From contig CP060262.1 in the NCBI GenBank assembly GCA_022646745.1, positions 2,190,001 to 2,222,000 of the forward strand: a stretch of 32,000 bases of DNA, written 5' to 3'. The stretch is from Planctomycetales bacterium. GTDB taxonomy: Bacteria; 4484-113; JAFGCY01. The stretch's first letter is position 1. The number at the start of each line of letters is the position of its first letter. Below are positions 26,101 to 32,000 of this stretch, in pieces. The notes under the pieces were generated by a model. That model saw only the letters and a list, made by a program, of their open reading frames with translations. It ran no database searches and was not told where the DNA came from. Both the position numbers and the translations under genes were made by a program.

Positions 26101-27819
26101 CAGCATCCGCGCCTGCCCGATGAACTCCACAGGGTAGATCTCCAGCAGCCTGCGGTTCAGCACCTCGCCGATGTCATCACGTCCGAAGAAGGCTGCGCTG
26201 TGGCGGTTGCCTTCTGTGATGTAGCCGCTGTGCAGCATGTGCTCGACCTGCTCCTCGATCGGCAGGTCGGTCGGCACCGGTGGTTCGAAGCTCAGGCACC
26301 AGATGTTGTCAGCTGTGCTGTCAATGTACTGCCGGAAGCGTTCCTCGCTGGTCTCCAGGCTTGACAGGGCCTGCATGCGGTCCGTCACGTTGCGGCTGTT
26401 GCCCCACAGGCTGACCAGCCGGCCGTCCCGGATGATGCTCGTGATGTTCTGTTCGTCGTAGCGCCGCTGCCCGTTGCCAAGCTCGCGCACGCGCATGTAG
26501 TTGCTCACGCTGTAGTTGTTGTCAATCAGCAGGCCGGCGCGGTCAAGCAGCACGCTGTCACCGCCCATCAGCTCGGTGACAGGGCGTCCCACCAGCTCGG
26601 ACGTGCTGCCAAAGCCAAGCGCCAGTGCGAAGGGCAGGTTGCATTCCGCCAGCACAGCATTCTCGACGGTCAGGCGCATCTGCTCCTCACGGGGCAGGGA
26701 GGTGTCCACCGGCTCCCGCATGTCGATGCGCCAGATCGCCTCAGTGGAGTGTGAAATGTAGTCACTGAAGCGCTGCTCGCTGATCTCGAGGCGCATCTTG
26801 GACTCCAGCCGGTCGGTCACATCCGTGATCATGGACTGGATCGCGTCCTCCCCGCCGTAGCGGATCGGCTTGGAATGGATCTCGCCCATGAAGCTGCTGC
26901 CATCCGCGCGCACAAACGCGAATACCTGCGGCGGAAAGCCGGTCTCGCCGGCCTGCATGCGCCGGTAGCGCTCACCGGCGACCTGATGGAAGTCCTCGCG
27001 GAAGTGGTCCACCGGCCTGAGCCCGATCATCTCCTCAGGGCTGCCGTAACCGAACATCTCAGCCATCCGGCGGTTGACGAAGCGGAACTGGTCATCGCAC
27101 TGGATCGAGATTGCCAGCGGACTGTTCTCGGTCAGCGCGCGGTAGCGCTCCTCACTTTCAAGGATGCGCTGGTGCTGTTCATGGCTCTCGGATATATCAA
27201 TAATCAGGCCTTGTACCGCCAGCCTTCCGTCTATCTCAACAGATGTGGGATAGATCATTCCGCGGAAGGTGCTGCCATCGGCCCGCAGGAAGTCGTATTC
27301 CTGGGGATCCATGTTGCAGATGGTGGTTTGCAGCAGGTGATTGCGCCTGCTGGCAGTCTCGCGCTGGTCAACCACAATCATCTCGACTGCACGCAGACCG
27401 ATCATGTCTTCAGCGCTTTCGTAAGCAAACAGCCTGGCCATCCCTGGGTTGGCATAGATGAACCGGCCATCAATATGGATGCTGATTCCCTGTGGGCAGC
27501 TTTCAGCGAGCTGGCGGTATCTTTGTTCACTTTCGCTGGCGCGCTTCAGCAGAAGCTGAGTGGCCTCGATCTCGGCCAGGTCCGGACCGGCAGGTTCAGG
27601 TACAGGCGTACGGTCCTTGCCCCGGCCGGACAGCCAGAATGTCATGGCGAGGACCGGGAGGGATTCCGTAGGGGAGTGGATCGGGGCGAGCAGGAGATCA
27701 AGCAATCCATGCAGATCAGTCTGCACAAGCCAGCTTGCAAAAATCTGAACCCAGTTAAGGTCCAAGTGCCCCATCAACCAAATCACCAGATCGAGAATTT
27801 GCGAATCGTAATCGCACAA
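20185..27819 (-). CDS. hybrid sensor histidine kinase/response regulator with 15 PAS domains
   Basis: The ORF is 2544 aa. PAS modules each begin with an S-E-x-R-[YF] linker, at aa 95-2166. HisKA is GGIAHDFNN (His2183). HATPase_c is shown by NLSTNAFHAM and GEGTGLGLATV. The REC domain is VMVVDDEP...IVVTDQTMP (Asp2475)...NKP. There is no obvious TM sensor domain. The first ~58 codons lie in lower-GC sequence, so the true start (27819, 27774 or 27645) is uncertain. Confidence 0.9.
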   Translation of the reverse strand: MCDYDSQILDLVIWLMGHLDLNWVQIFASWLVQTDLHGLLDLLLAPIHSPTESLPVLAMTFWLSGRGKDRTPVPEPAGPDLAEIEATQLLLKRASESEQRYRQLAESCPQGISIHIDGRFIYANPGMARLFAYESAEDMIGLRAVEMIVVDQRETASRRNHLLQTTICNMDPQEYDFLRADGSTFRGMIYPTSVEIDGRLAVQGLIIDISESHEQHQRILESEERYRALTENSPLAISIQCDDQFRFVNRRMAEMFGYGSPEEMIGLRPVDHFREDFHQVAGERYRRMQAGETGFPPQVFAFVRADGSSFMGEIHSKPIRYGGEDAIQSMITDVTDRLESKMRLEISEQRFSDYISHSTEAIWRIDMREPVDTSLPREEQMRLTVENAVLAECNLPFALALGFGSTSELVGRPVTELMGGDSVLLDRAGLLIDNNYSVSNYMRVRELGNGQRRYDEQNITSIIRDGRLVSLWGNSRNVTDRMQALSSLETSEERFRQYIDSTADNIWCLSFEPPVPTDLPIEEQVEHMLHSGYITEGNRHSAAFFGRDDIGEVLNRRLLEIYPVEFIGQARMLLRAFITSGYRTDDVEEHSVDADGNQLTLISSTRGIMQDGRLRMIWGTSRDVTEKLHMQRDLAASEKRYRELTEQSSEGIWRIEFDSPIPTDLPLDEQVRLIYASGRIADCNDLMATYYGCETAADVRGRLLEDLHEAGGLEIGGGYARTFVEGGYLYRNLDIRLARKNGRRRIHRENANGQIVDGCLVSVKGTTRDVTEEFLTQEKLQASETRYRGMTELSSEAIWRISYDPPVPVDLSLEEQVRLIRENGVLVDCNDHMAEMYGLRLASEVKGRKVRELMSECGLSMALDRAQRFIGNGYRFSEERMTLSYPDGSSRTYLDNAIGVIEDGRLVEARGTSRDVTELLSMQSELELSEQRFRRLVDKAQEGIWCIEYSPPIPRGLNPDEMIRLFAERGVLVECNDQMATLYGVESIEQIHGKRVSEINKVSRLVRNPLRIRVLIDNDFRMRDELLQIDYEDGSSRMYLYNTDGEFVDGELVRIWGTCRDLTDSLDLREQLRQQELRYELAMDGAQLGTWDIDLLTEEVKVDDKLLEQLGFSRGELELTVEKLVTLIHPMDVDRVNQLFDRHVHGETPRYESEYRIRHRNGSWIWVQSRGRVTERDADGRPLRAIGTHMDVTERKLAEQRLAANEARFRELAERSTEAIWRIDFEEPVPVSLPREEQVALMHRHGILRQCNDLMAEFFGLEEASSIIGGNVTEIIRNDRLASTTFDAGELIDKGFVLLDEVVTNIYSDGSVREYMMNSEGKVVDGRLHSIWGTCRDMTRLIQLQRELEVSEARFRELVERSTEAIWRIEYDPPIPTSLPLPEQVRLMATSSRMAECNDLMARVYDLERAEQIKGQSLLDIANASRIQHVNDMMTSFIRNGYRSEDDLMLVRYVDGSERKYIYKATGLVEDGQLIATWGTSRDVTDNLSVMQRLEESEQRYELALDASGLGTWDLDVLSGRVTFNERFAQILGHAASGLTWNFDTWISTIHPTDRRYVQDRIQSVINGDSDQFEVEQRLRHKEGHWIWTLSRGKVIERGADGRALRALGTEMDITERRHAEELLRESEQRYREFVVNSSQILWCMAFETAVPIDLPVEEQLQRILQDGYLEDCNDLFAQSWGFSRAEELIGRSNLEINSGISGDNTIELMRRFVQSGYSLSEAVDRVSGVDGSERYFMSNISGTVHNGALMRIWGATSEMTDLMQARESLQQSELRYREFVANSSEAIWRYECEPPIPVDLPPAEQARLLHERLVIAECNDVFAGIYGYPDSDSVVGVALSTMLEPSPGLLGMFERFVASGYRMVDDEDRITPERERERFFLNSAQGVVEDGRLVMLWGTTRDVTEQRRAAMALADSETRLSSMMQMSPVGIFHLHPDGNVRYMNPRAEELFGMTAEQCMDQGFLNAVHAEDRERTAQASMEMIFNQAGLEMELRLVSRGRTAWVFTQISPVLDNSGELTGYVGMLTDITDRKLMENSLAASEKRNRQLINTMAEGMILVDDENQMVFVNSNGCRILGRDEAELLGHRLWDFAYDKENAELLQRQRELRRKGMSTSYELDIARPDGSRRRLSITAGPQFDEQGAYIGALGTFQDITETKQMELQLQQAQKMEAVGVLAGGIAHDFNNILQAMLGFADLASDQLEDGSEALACVSEIRAAGQRAAELVRQMLTFSRQSEQTREPVDLPAIVHESVGLLRGSLPSTINIVTDLRETRHVLGNETQIQQVLMNLSTNAFHAMRERGGELHISCSNQPCSEAIAAELGLPAGNPMVSLVVRDTGHGMDQQTAARVFDPYFTTKRVGEGTGLGLATVHGIIRSMGGWISLDSAPGQGTAIQILLPAVEALEQGPVAGEPKRENLRGSETVMVVDDEPGIVHMLNAGLSRLGYRTMVFTDSREAWQHWQQHGSEIDIVVTDQTMPHITGDELSRRILAERPGLPILLCTGYSELIDEESAGELGIAHFVNKPIVPSKLAELIRSTIESRT

Positions 27820-28176
27820 TCATTATCTGATTTTGGGATTATTAATACTATGGATTATTCTCAAATATGGGTGAAAAAAACCTTGAAAGGCCAGTCCCAA
27901 TCCGGCTTCAGTCCGGATGGGAAACAATTCCATTCTGATTATTACCGTTCGTCATAACGTCAAAGAAATCCGCTTAACCGGAATTTTGCCGAATTGGACC
28001 GATCAAGCGGGATGCTTCCCCAGTCTGAACAGGGGTATAACAAAGTTGAGAGCCAGAGGGATTACCGGCCGGACACGCAACTCTTTTGGTCGTTCTCGCT
28101 TCATACAGTTGATGGTGGGACAGGAAGGGCGCAAGCCATTCCCTGGGAAACGGTAAGTGAATCTTGGAGGTTTGGC

Positions 28177-28581
28177 ATGGACCTTTACCTGACCAGGCGG
28201 CTGGATGCCGGCTTTGAGGAGACCCTGCAGAAACTGCGTATGGCGCTTTTGTCATACGGCTTCCGGCTGGAGTCGGAGGTGTCAGTCACCGCTGGCCAGA
28301 ATGGCCCGCTGGAGCTGCCCTACCGCATCTTCGCCGTGAGCAACCCGCATCTCGAATTCCCCGGCAGCCTTGGCCCGACCCCCGCTCCGCGACTGCCGCT
28401 GCATATCGTTGTGCAGCGTGACCGCGACGGGAAGATCGAGGTCAGCGCAATGGACCCGGTGAAGGTAATGCTCGCTGCACTGGGTGAGGGACACATGGAG
28501 GAGGCGCAGCAGACCCGTGGGCGGATGCTCAGGCTGCTGGACTACATGAATCCAGTGAATTCACCGGTGCAGGCGGCGTAG
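28177..28581 (+). CDS. DUF302 domain-containing protein
   Basis: ATG at 28177 is preceded by GGAGG at 28165-28169. The 134-aa product carries DUF302-like FEETLQKLRMALLSYGF..., YRIFAVSNPHL and LPLHIVVQRDRDGKIEVSAMDP. The track ORF start at 27994 lies in an AT-rich leader and is unlikely. Confidence 0.7.
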   Translation: MDLYLTRRLDAGFEETLQKLRMALLSYGFRLESEVSVTAGQNGPLELPYRIFAVSNPHLEFPGSLGPTPAPRLPLHIVVQRDRDGKIEVSAMDPVKVMLAALGEGHMEEAQQTRGRMLRLLDYMNPVNSPVQAA

Positions 28582-28585
28582 GTAC

Positions 28586-28637
28586 GGAGTGTAGCTCTTA
28601 GAGCTACAAGGCCTTGTCGGTCCAAGACCGACACTCC
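28586..28637. other. compound palindrome / three-way-junction element between convergent genes
   Basis: The element reads GGAGTG [TAGCTC-tta-GAGCTA] CAAGGCCTTG [TCGGTC-caa-GACCGA] CACTCC. The fold is equivalent on both strands. No U-tract follows. Confidence 0.4.
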
Positions 28638-28641
28638 ACTC

Positions 28642-28962
28642 CTAGTGCAGGCGCCAGGGCCATTCGCCCTGCTGCAGGATCACCATCGTCATGCCAAGCA
28701 TGATCATGAATGTGCTTACCGCCTGCAGGGTCATCAGCACCGGCAGCAGCCGGCCTTCCAGCAGCAGCAGGCAGACCAGGCAGAGGTGCGGCAGCAGGAT
28801 CAGCGTCAGCGTAAGCGGATCCGAATAGTCGATGATGAGCAGCGGGTTGCCGGCGAGGCTGGTGTAGTACTGCAGCGCGAACACAGCGAAAGTGCACAGC
28901 AGTGCGAAGGCACTTACGAAGGTCATCGCCTTGGTGAAGAATTCTCTCGTTTCAACATCCAT
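28642..28962 (-). CDS. small hydrophobic membrane protein, hypothetical
   Basis: The 106-aa ORF has about three hydrophobic segments by eye (FVSAFALLCTFAVFAL, LTLILLPHLCLVCLLLL, VSTFMIMLGMTMVIL). No recognised family. Confidence 0.5.
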   Translation of the reverse strand: MDVETREFFTKAMTFVSAFALLCTFAVFALQYYTSLAGNPLLIIDYSDPLTLTLILLPHLCLVCLLLLEGRLLPVLMTLQAVSTFMIMLGMTMVILQQGEWPWRLH

Positions 28963-29117
28963 AGCAGTAAGTTGGCCCGGCTCGCAGACCGGGACTGAGG
29001 GGCATTTGCCCTTCCTGATACTGATCGGAGGATTACCCGCAATAGGTAACCCCTGTTCCGCCCAGATTGTACATTGCCCCGCCGGAAATCCCGGCCAGAG
29101 CAGATTTTAACAGAATA

Positions 29118-29999
29118 TCAGGTCAGCTTCCCGCCTGAATTTCCAGCTGTCCCATCCGTCTCCATTCCCGCCACATGCCCGACCGTGCGGATGAACTCCG
29201 CCTCCAGTCCGTCCCAGTTGGGTCGCGATTTGAGATCAGCCATGCTGGCCTCCAGCCGGATCTTTCCCTGGTGGATGATTGCGAGGCTGGTGCAGAGCTT
29301 TTCCACCACTTCCATCACATGGCTGGAGAACATGATGGTTACTCCCTGGGCCACGCGGCGCTGCAGCAGCTGCTTGATCTGGTGCGAGCTGACCGTGTCG
29401 ATGCCGTTGAAGGGCTCATCGAGGAACAGCACGCGCGGTTCGTGGATCAGCGCGCAGCCGAGTGCGACCTTCTTTCTCATGCCCTGGCTGAAGTCCACGA
29501 TCAGCTTGTTGCCCGCGCTTTGCAGGTCCAGCATGTTGATCAGCTCAGCCGTGCGCTCACGGGCGGTCTGGCGGTCCAGGCCGTACATCATCCCGGTGAA
29601 TTCGAGGTGCTCCGGGGCGCTCAGGCGCTCGTACAGCATCGGGTCCTCCAGCATCACGCCGATGCTGGCCTTGACGCCGATCGAGTCACCGCGCAGCTCG
29701 TGCCCGGCGATGCGGATCGAGCGGTACTCGCCGGCCAGCAGGCCGCAGAGCACGCGGATGGTGGTGGACTTGCCAGCGCCGTTGGGGCCGAGGAAGCCGT
29801 AGAACTCACCCTGCGGCACGGCGAATGAAATGTTGTCCACTGCGAGGAACTTGTCGTAGCGCTTGGAGAGGCCATGCACCTCCACGGCCAGCGGGCGCTG
29901 CACCGGAAGTTCAGGCTGGGGCGGAGTGGCAGGATCGGGAGCCTGCCTGGCGAATCCTTCAGCGTCCCCCGCAATATGCTCGTGATCCATCATGTCCAT
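29118..29999 (-). CDS. ABC transporter ATP-binding protein (ABC-2/DrrA-like type)
   Basis: Motifs are Walker A GPNGAGKST, the signature FSQGMRKKV, Walker B VLFLDEP and the H-loop SSHVM. The N-terminal ~35 aa form a low-complexity extension. The start is ambiguous among the Met codons of MDMMDHE. Confidence 0.9.
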   Translation of the reverse strand: MDMMDHEHIAGDAEGFARQAPDPATPPQPELPVQRPLAVEVHGLSKRYDKFLAVDNISFAVPQGEFYGFLGPNGAGKSTTIRVLCGLLAGEYRSIRIAGHELRGDSIGVKASIGVMLEDPMLYERLSAPEHLEFTGMMYGLDRQTARERTAELINMLDLQSAGNKLIVDFSQGMRKKVALGCALIHEPRVLFLDEPFNGIDTVSSHQIKQLLQRRVAQGVTIMFSSHVMEVVEKLCTSLAIIHQGKIRLEASMADLKSRPNWDGLEAEFIRTVGHVAGMETDGTAGNSGGKLT

Positions 30000-30016
30000 T
30001 ATATTTTGCGCGCTGC

Positions 30017-30331
30017 TCAGCGGCCCGTCATCCGGCGAAACAGCACCATCAGGCCGACGATCACGAACATCGCCGGGCCAAACAGGATGAGCAGCAGGTC
30101 GGCGATGCGCTCCACGATCCAGGGTGTCGGTTCGTCATCCTCATCAGCCGGGCCGAAGATCGAGCTGACCGTCTCATAGCCGATCAGCCAGCCCAGCCAG
30201 TGCTGGTAGAGGCTCTCTGAGGCGTCATCATCCCCGAGGCCATATCGGTCGGCGAGGCGCATGCCGAGCACCATCGCGATGCCGAAGCCGAAGTAGAGTG
30301 CCACGAGGATTGCGGAAGCGCCGGTGCCCAC
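30017..30331 (-). CDS. small membrane protein, hypothetical
   Basis: The 104-aa ORF starts at GTG and has two to three hydrophobic segments separated by acidic loops (DDDASE, DEDDEP). Its 3' end lies 17 bp upstream of the ABC ATPase start. Confidence 0.45.
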   Translation of the reverse strand: MGTGASAILVALYFGFGIAMVLGMRLADRYGLGDDDASESLYQHWLGWLIGYETVSSIFGPADEDDEPTPWIVERIADLLLILFGPAMFVIVGLMVLFRRMTGR

Positions 30332-30355
30332 CCAGAGAGGATAACGGACGCCGGC

Positions 30356-30913
30356 TCAGCGCAGCCTGGCCCCCGCGGCGATTGCAGCCTGGCTGATCTC
30401 CTCTATCTCCGCATGGTCGGACAGTGGCAGGGTGACCGCCGGGCCGGCCATCTGGCGGATGTATATCCGCACGGCCGGCCGCCTGCCAAGCTGCACTGCC
30501 TCCAGCCGGGTGATGTCAGCCAGCCGGATCTCGCTTTGGCGGCGCTTCTCACGAAAGGCCATCCGCCGGTCGGTCAGCACGGCGGACAGTCCACCACGCT
30601 TGAGGATGATGACGTACACCACTGCGCCGATTGCCATGCAGATGGCAACGGAAATCGCGATCCAGTCACCCATGTCGCGTGTCCTGGCAACATGCTGGCT
30701 GGATTGCCCGGCAAAGATCGTCCCGCTGGCCGCTGCGATCGCGCCGATCACCGCCGCGCCGTTGTTCTGCTTGCGCTTGCCGCCGCAGCAGGACCGGCCC
30801 CAGCTGCGGAGGAACTGTTCACCGGGCTGCAGGCTGAGCCAGCCCGGGGGACCCTGGCCGGCCCCCCGGACTGCTGATGACAATGGTACTAATATCGACA
30901 TTGCTTGCTCCAT
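30356..30913 (-). CDS. membrane protein with C-terminal PH-like (bPH/DUF304-like) segment, hypothetical
   Basis: The 185-aa ORF has two hydrophobic helices (AAVIGAIAAASGTIFAG, WIAISVAICMAIGAVVYVIIL) and then LTDRRMAFREKRRQSEIRLADITRLE. This resembles bacterial PH-domain membrane proteins, but the assignment is weak. Confidence 0.4.
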   Translation of the reverse strand: MEQAMSILVPLSSAVRGAGQGPPGWLSLQPGEQFLRSWGRSCCGGKRKQNNGAAVIGAIAAASGTIFAGQSSQHVARTRDMGDWIAISVAICMAIGAVVYVIILKRGGLSAVLTDRRMAFREKRRQSEIRLADITRLEAVQLGRRPAVRIYIRQMAGPAVTLPLSDHAEIEEISQAAIAAGARLR

Positions 30914-30957
30914 CGGCCCGCTGAAACCGTTGCCAACGACGGGCCCGCGGCTGCTGA

Positions 30958-31929
30958 TCAGCCCTTGCCGCCCTGCGGCGGGTTGTTTGTCACATTTGCG
31001 TGGTGCTGCATGCCCATCGAGGCCATGCCGCTCAGCCCGCCGAGGTTCATGCTGTCAATTGCGCTGGAGGGCACGATCATCAGGCTGCCCTTCTCCTTGA
31101 GGCCCTCGAACAGCATGTTCATCGCACGCAGGTGCAGGGCGGTCGGGTTGTCAGCGTACTGCTCGGCGGCCTCGGCGAATGACTTGGCAATCTGCTTCTC
31201 GGATTCACCGAGGATCACACGCGCCTGGCGCTCACGCTCGGCCTGGGCCTGGCGGCTCATGGAGTCCTGCAGGTTCTGCGGGATGCGGATCTCACGGATC
31301 TCGACGGACTGCACGGTCACGCCCCAGGGCTCAGTGCGGCCGTCGATGATCTCCTGCAGCTGGGCGTCCAGCACGTCGCGGCCGACCAGCAGTTCCGCGA
31401 GCTGCGTCTTGCCGATCAGGTCGCGCAGGGCTGTCTGGGCAGCCCAGGTGACACTCTCCTCGAGCTTCTCCACCTCAAGCGCGGCCTTCTTGGCATCGTA
31501 GACCAGCCAGAACATCACGGCGTCGACATCGACGGGCACGGTGTCCTTGGTCAGCGTCTCCTCCGCCAGCAGGTCGGCAGTCTTGACGCGGGTGTCAATC
31601 CACTTGGCAACCTGGTCCACGAAGGGCACGAGGAAGAACATGCCGGCCTTGTAGGTGGCATGGTACTTACCGAGCTTGAGCACGATCACGTGGTCCCACT
31701 GGTCGGCGACCTTGAGGCAGGTCAGCATGATCATCGAAAGGATGAACAGCACGACGAAGGCCACGATGCCGAAGGCGATCGCGCCCAGCGCCAGGCCGGT
31801 GACGAGGCCCACCACGCTGCCAAGCAGCAGCAGGATGAACCAGAACACGGCGATCGGGTGGATCTTGCCGCTCTCCGAGGTGGCGGACTGGATGCCACCG
31901 CCGGTCTGAGGTATGTGAACGTATGTCAT
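30958..31929 (-). CDS. SPFH/Band 7 (stomatin-like, slipin) family protein
   Basis: An N-terminal TM region is followed by the SPFH core QWDHVIVLKLGKY...VDVDAVMFW...ALRDLIGKTQLAELL...WGVTVQSVEIREIRIPQNLQDSMSRQAQAERERQARVI. The likely start is ATG at 31929, with AAGGAG (31937-31942 on minus) 7 nt upstream. The track ORF extends to 31998. Confidence 0.9.
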   Translation of the reverse strand: MTYVHIPQTGGGIQSATSESGKIHPIAVFWFILLLLGSVVGLVTGLALGAIAFGIVAFVVLFILSMIMLTCLKVADQWDHVIVLKLGKYHATYKAGMFFLVPFVDQVAKWIDTRVKTADLLAEETLTKDTVPVDVDAVMFWLVYDAKKAALEVEKLEESVTWAAQTALRDLIGKTQLAELLVGRDVLDAQLQEIIDGRTEPWGVTVQSVEIREIRIPQNLQDSMSRQAQAERERQARVILGESEKQIAKSFAEAAEQYADNPTALHLRAMNMLFEGLKEKGSLMIVPSSAIDSMNLGGLSGMASMGMQHHANVTNNPPQGGKG

Positions 31930-32000
31930 TGCCATCTCCTTTTGTCTGTTGTTTCCCCCGCCTGTGCGGAGACTTGCCATCTGCTTGCGCTTCTCCACCG

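Noticed and set aside
22072-26781. LOV-type photosensory interpretation of the conserved Cys in the long PAS modules
   Set aside because: The Cys sits immediately before the conserved Asn of the second strand, not in the E-alpha helix NCRFLQ context that defines LOV domains. The flavin-binding residues of LOV are not evident either.
22387-27957. Series of long plus-strand ORFs (22387-24024, 24085-25257, 25324-26049, 26875-27957) opposite the histidine kinase
   Set aside because: They are antisense shadows of the kinase gene. Their internal repeats (for example MRQMASVLRS..SSRKRASL) merely mirror the PAS periodicity on the other strand. There are no ribosome-binding sites or recognisable domains.
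27917-28255. Small ORFs in the kinase/DUF302 intergenic region (27917-28156 plus, 27974-28255 minus)
   Set aside because: They lie in AT-rich DNA with basic low-complexity products and no ribosome-binding site. They also overlap the much better supported DUF302 start, which has a canonical GGAGG.
28586-28637. tRNA or tRNA fragment (GTAGCTC... and GTCGGTCCAAGACCGAC look like D and T arms)
   Set aside because: The element is only 52 nt with no anticodon arm. Both loops are 3 nt rather than 7-8 nt, there is no T-psi-C consensus (GTTCRANYC) and no discriminator/CCA context.

Overview
GC-rich bacterial chromosomal window with Gram-negative-type content (lipoboxes, ECF sigma factor, YceI, CstA, SPFH); the taxon cannot be assigned from sequence alone. 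I support about 21 protein-coding genes:
- a 5'-truncated hypothetical gene
- a translationally coupled pair of DUF2207 membrane proteins
- pyruvate kinase
- an ECF sigma factor coupled to a coiled-coil membrane protein (putative anti-sigma)
- YceI, a small lipoprotein and a DUF502 protein
- two divergently transcribed paralogous S8 (subtilisin-like) peptidases with C-terminal dockerin-like repeats
- YciI and CstA
- a 2544-aa hybrid histidine kinase with 15 PAS domains
- a DUF302 protein
- a minus-strand cluster: SPFH/stomatin, PH-like membrane protein, small membrane protein, ABC ATPase, small membrane protein

I see no rRNA, tRNA, CRISPR array, transposase, integrase or recognisable defence system.

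The most unusual content is non-coding. Two roughly 1-kb intergenic tracts (442-1452 and 6775-7951) are built from the same set of repeat modules in permuted order. They carry GC hairpins with compensatory stem changes, 7-9 bp micro-tandem repeats, TTGGCAA-type motifs, and a module that follows three different stop codons in gene-relative orientation.

Secondary points of interest:
- the exact 146-aa periodicity of the PAS array
- the dockerin-bearing S8 pair
- a phased GGAAC x4 tract next to the ECF sigma gene
- an ABC ATPase flanked by two ~105-aa membrane proteins instead of a normal permease

All domain calls come from motif recognition by eye. No searches were run.
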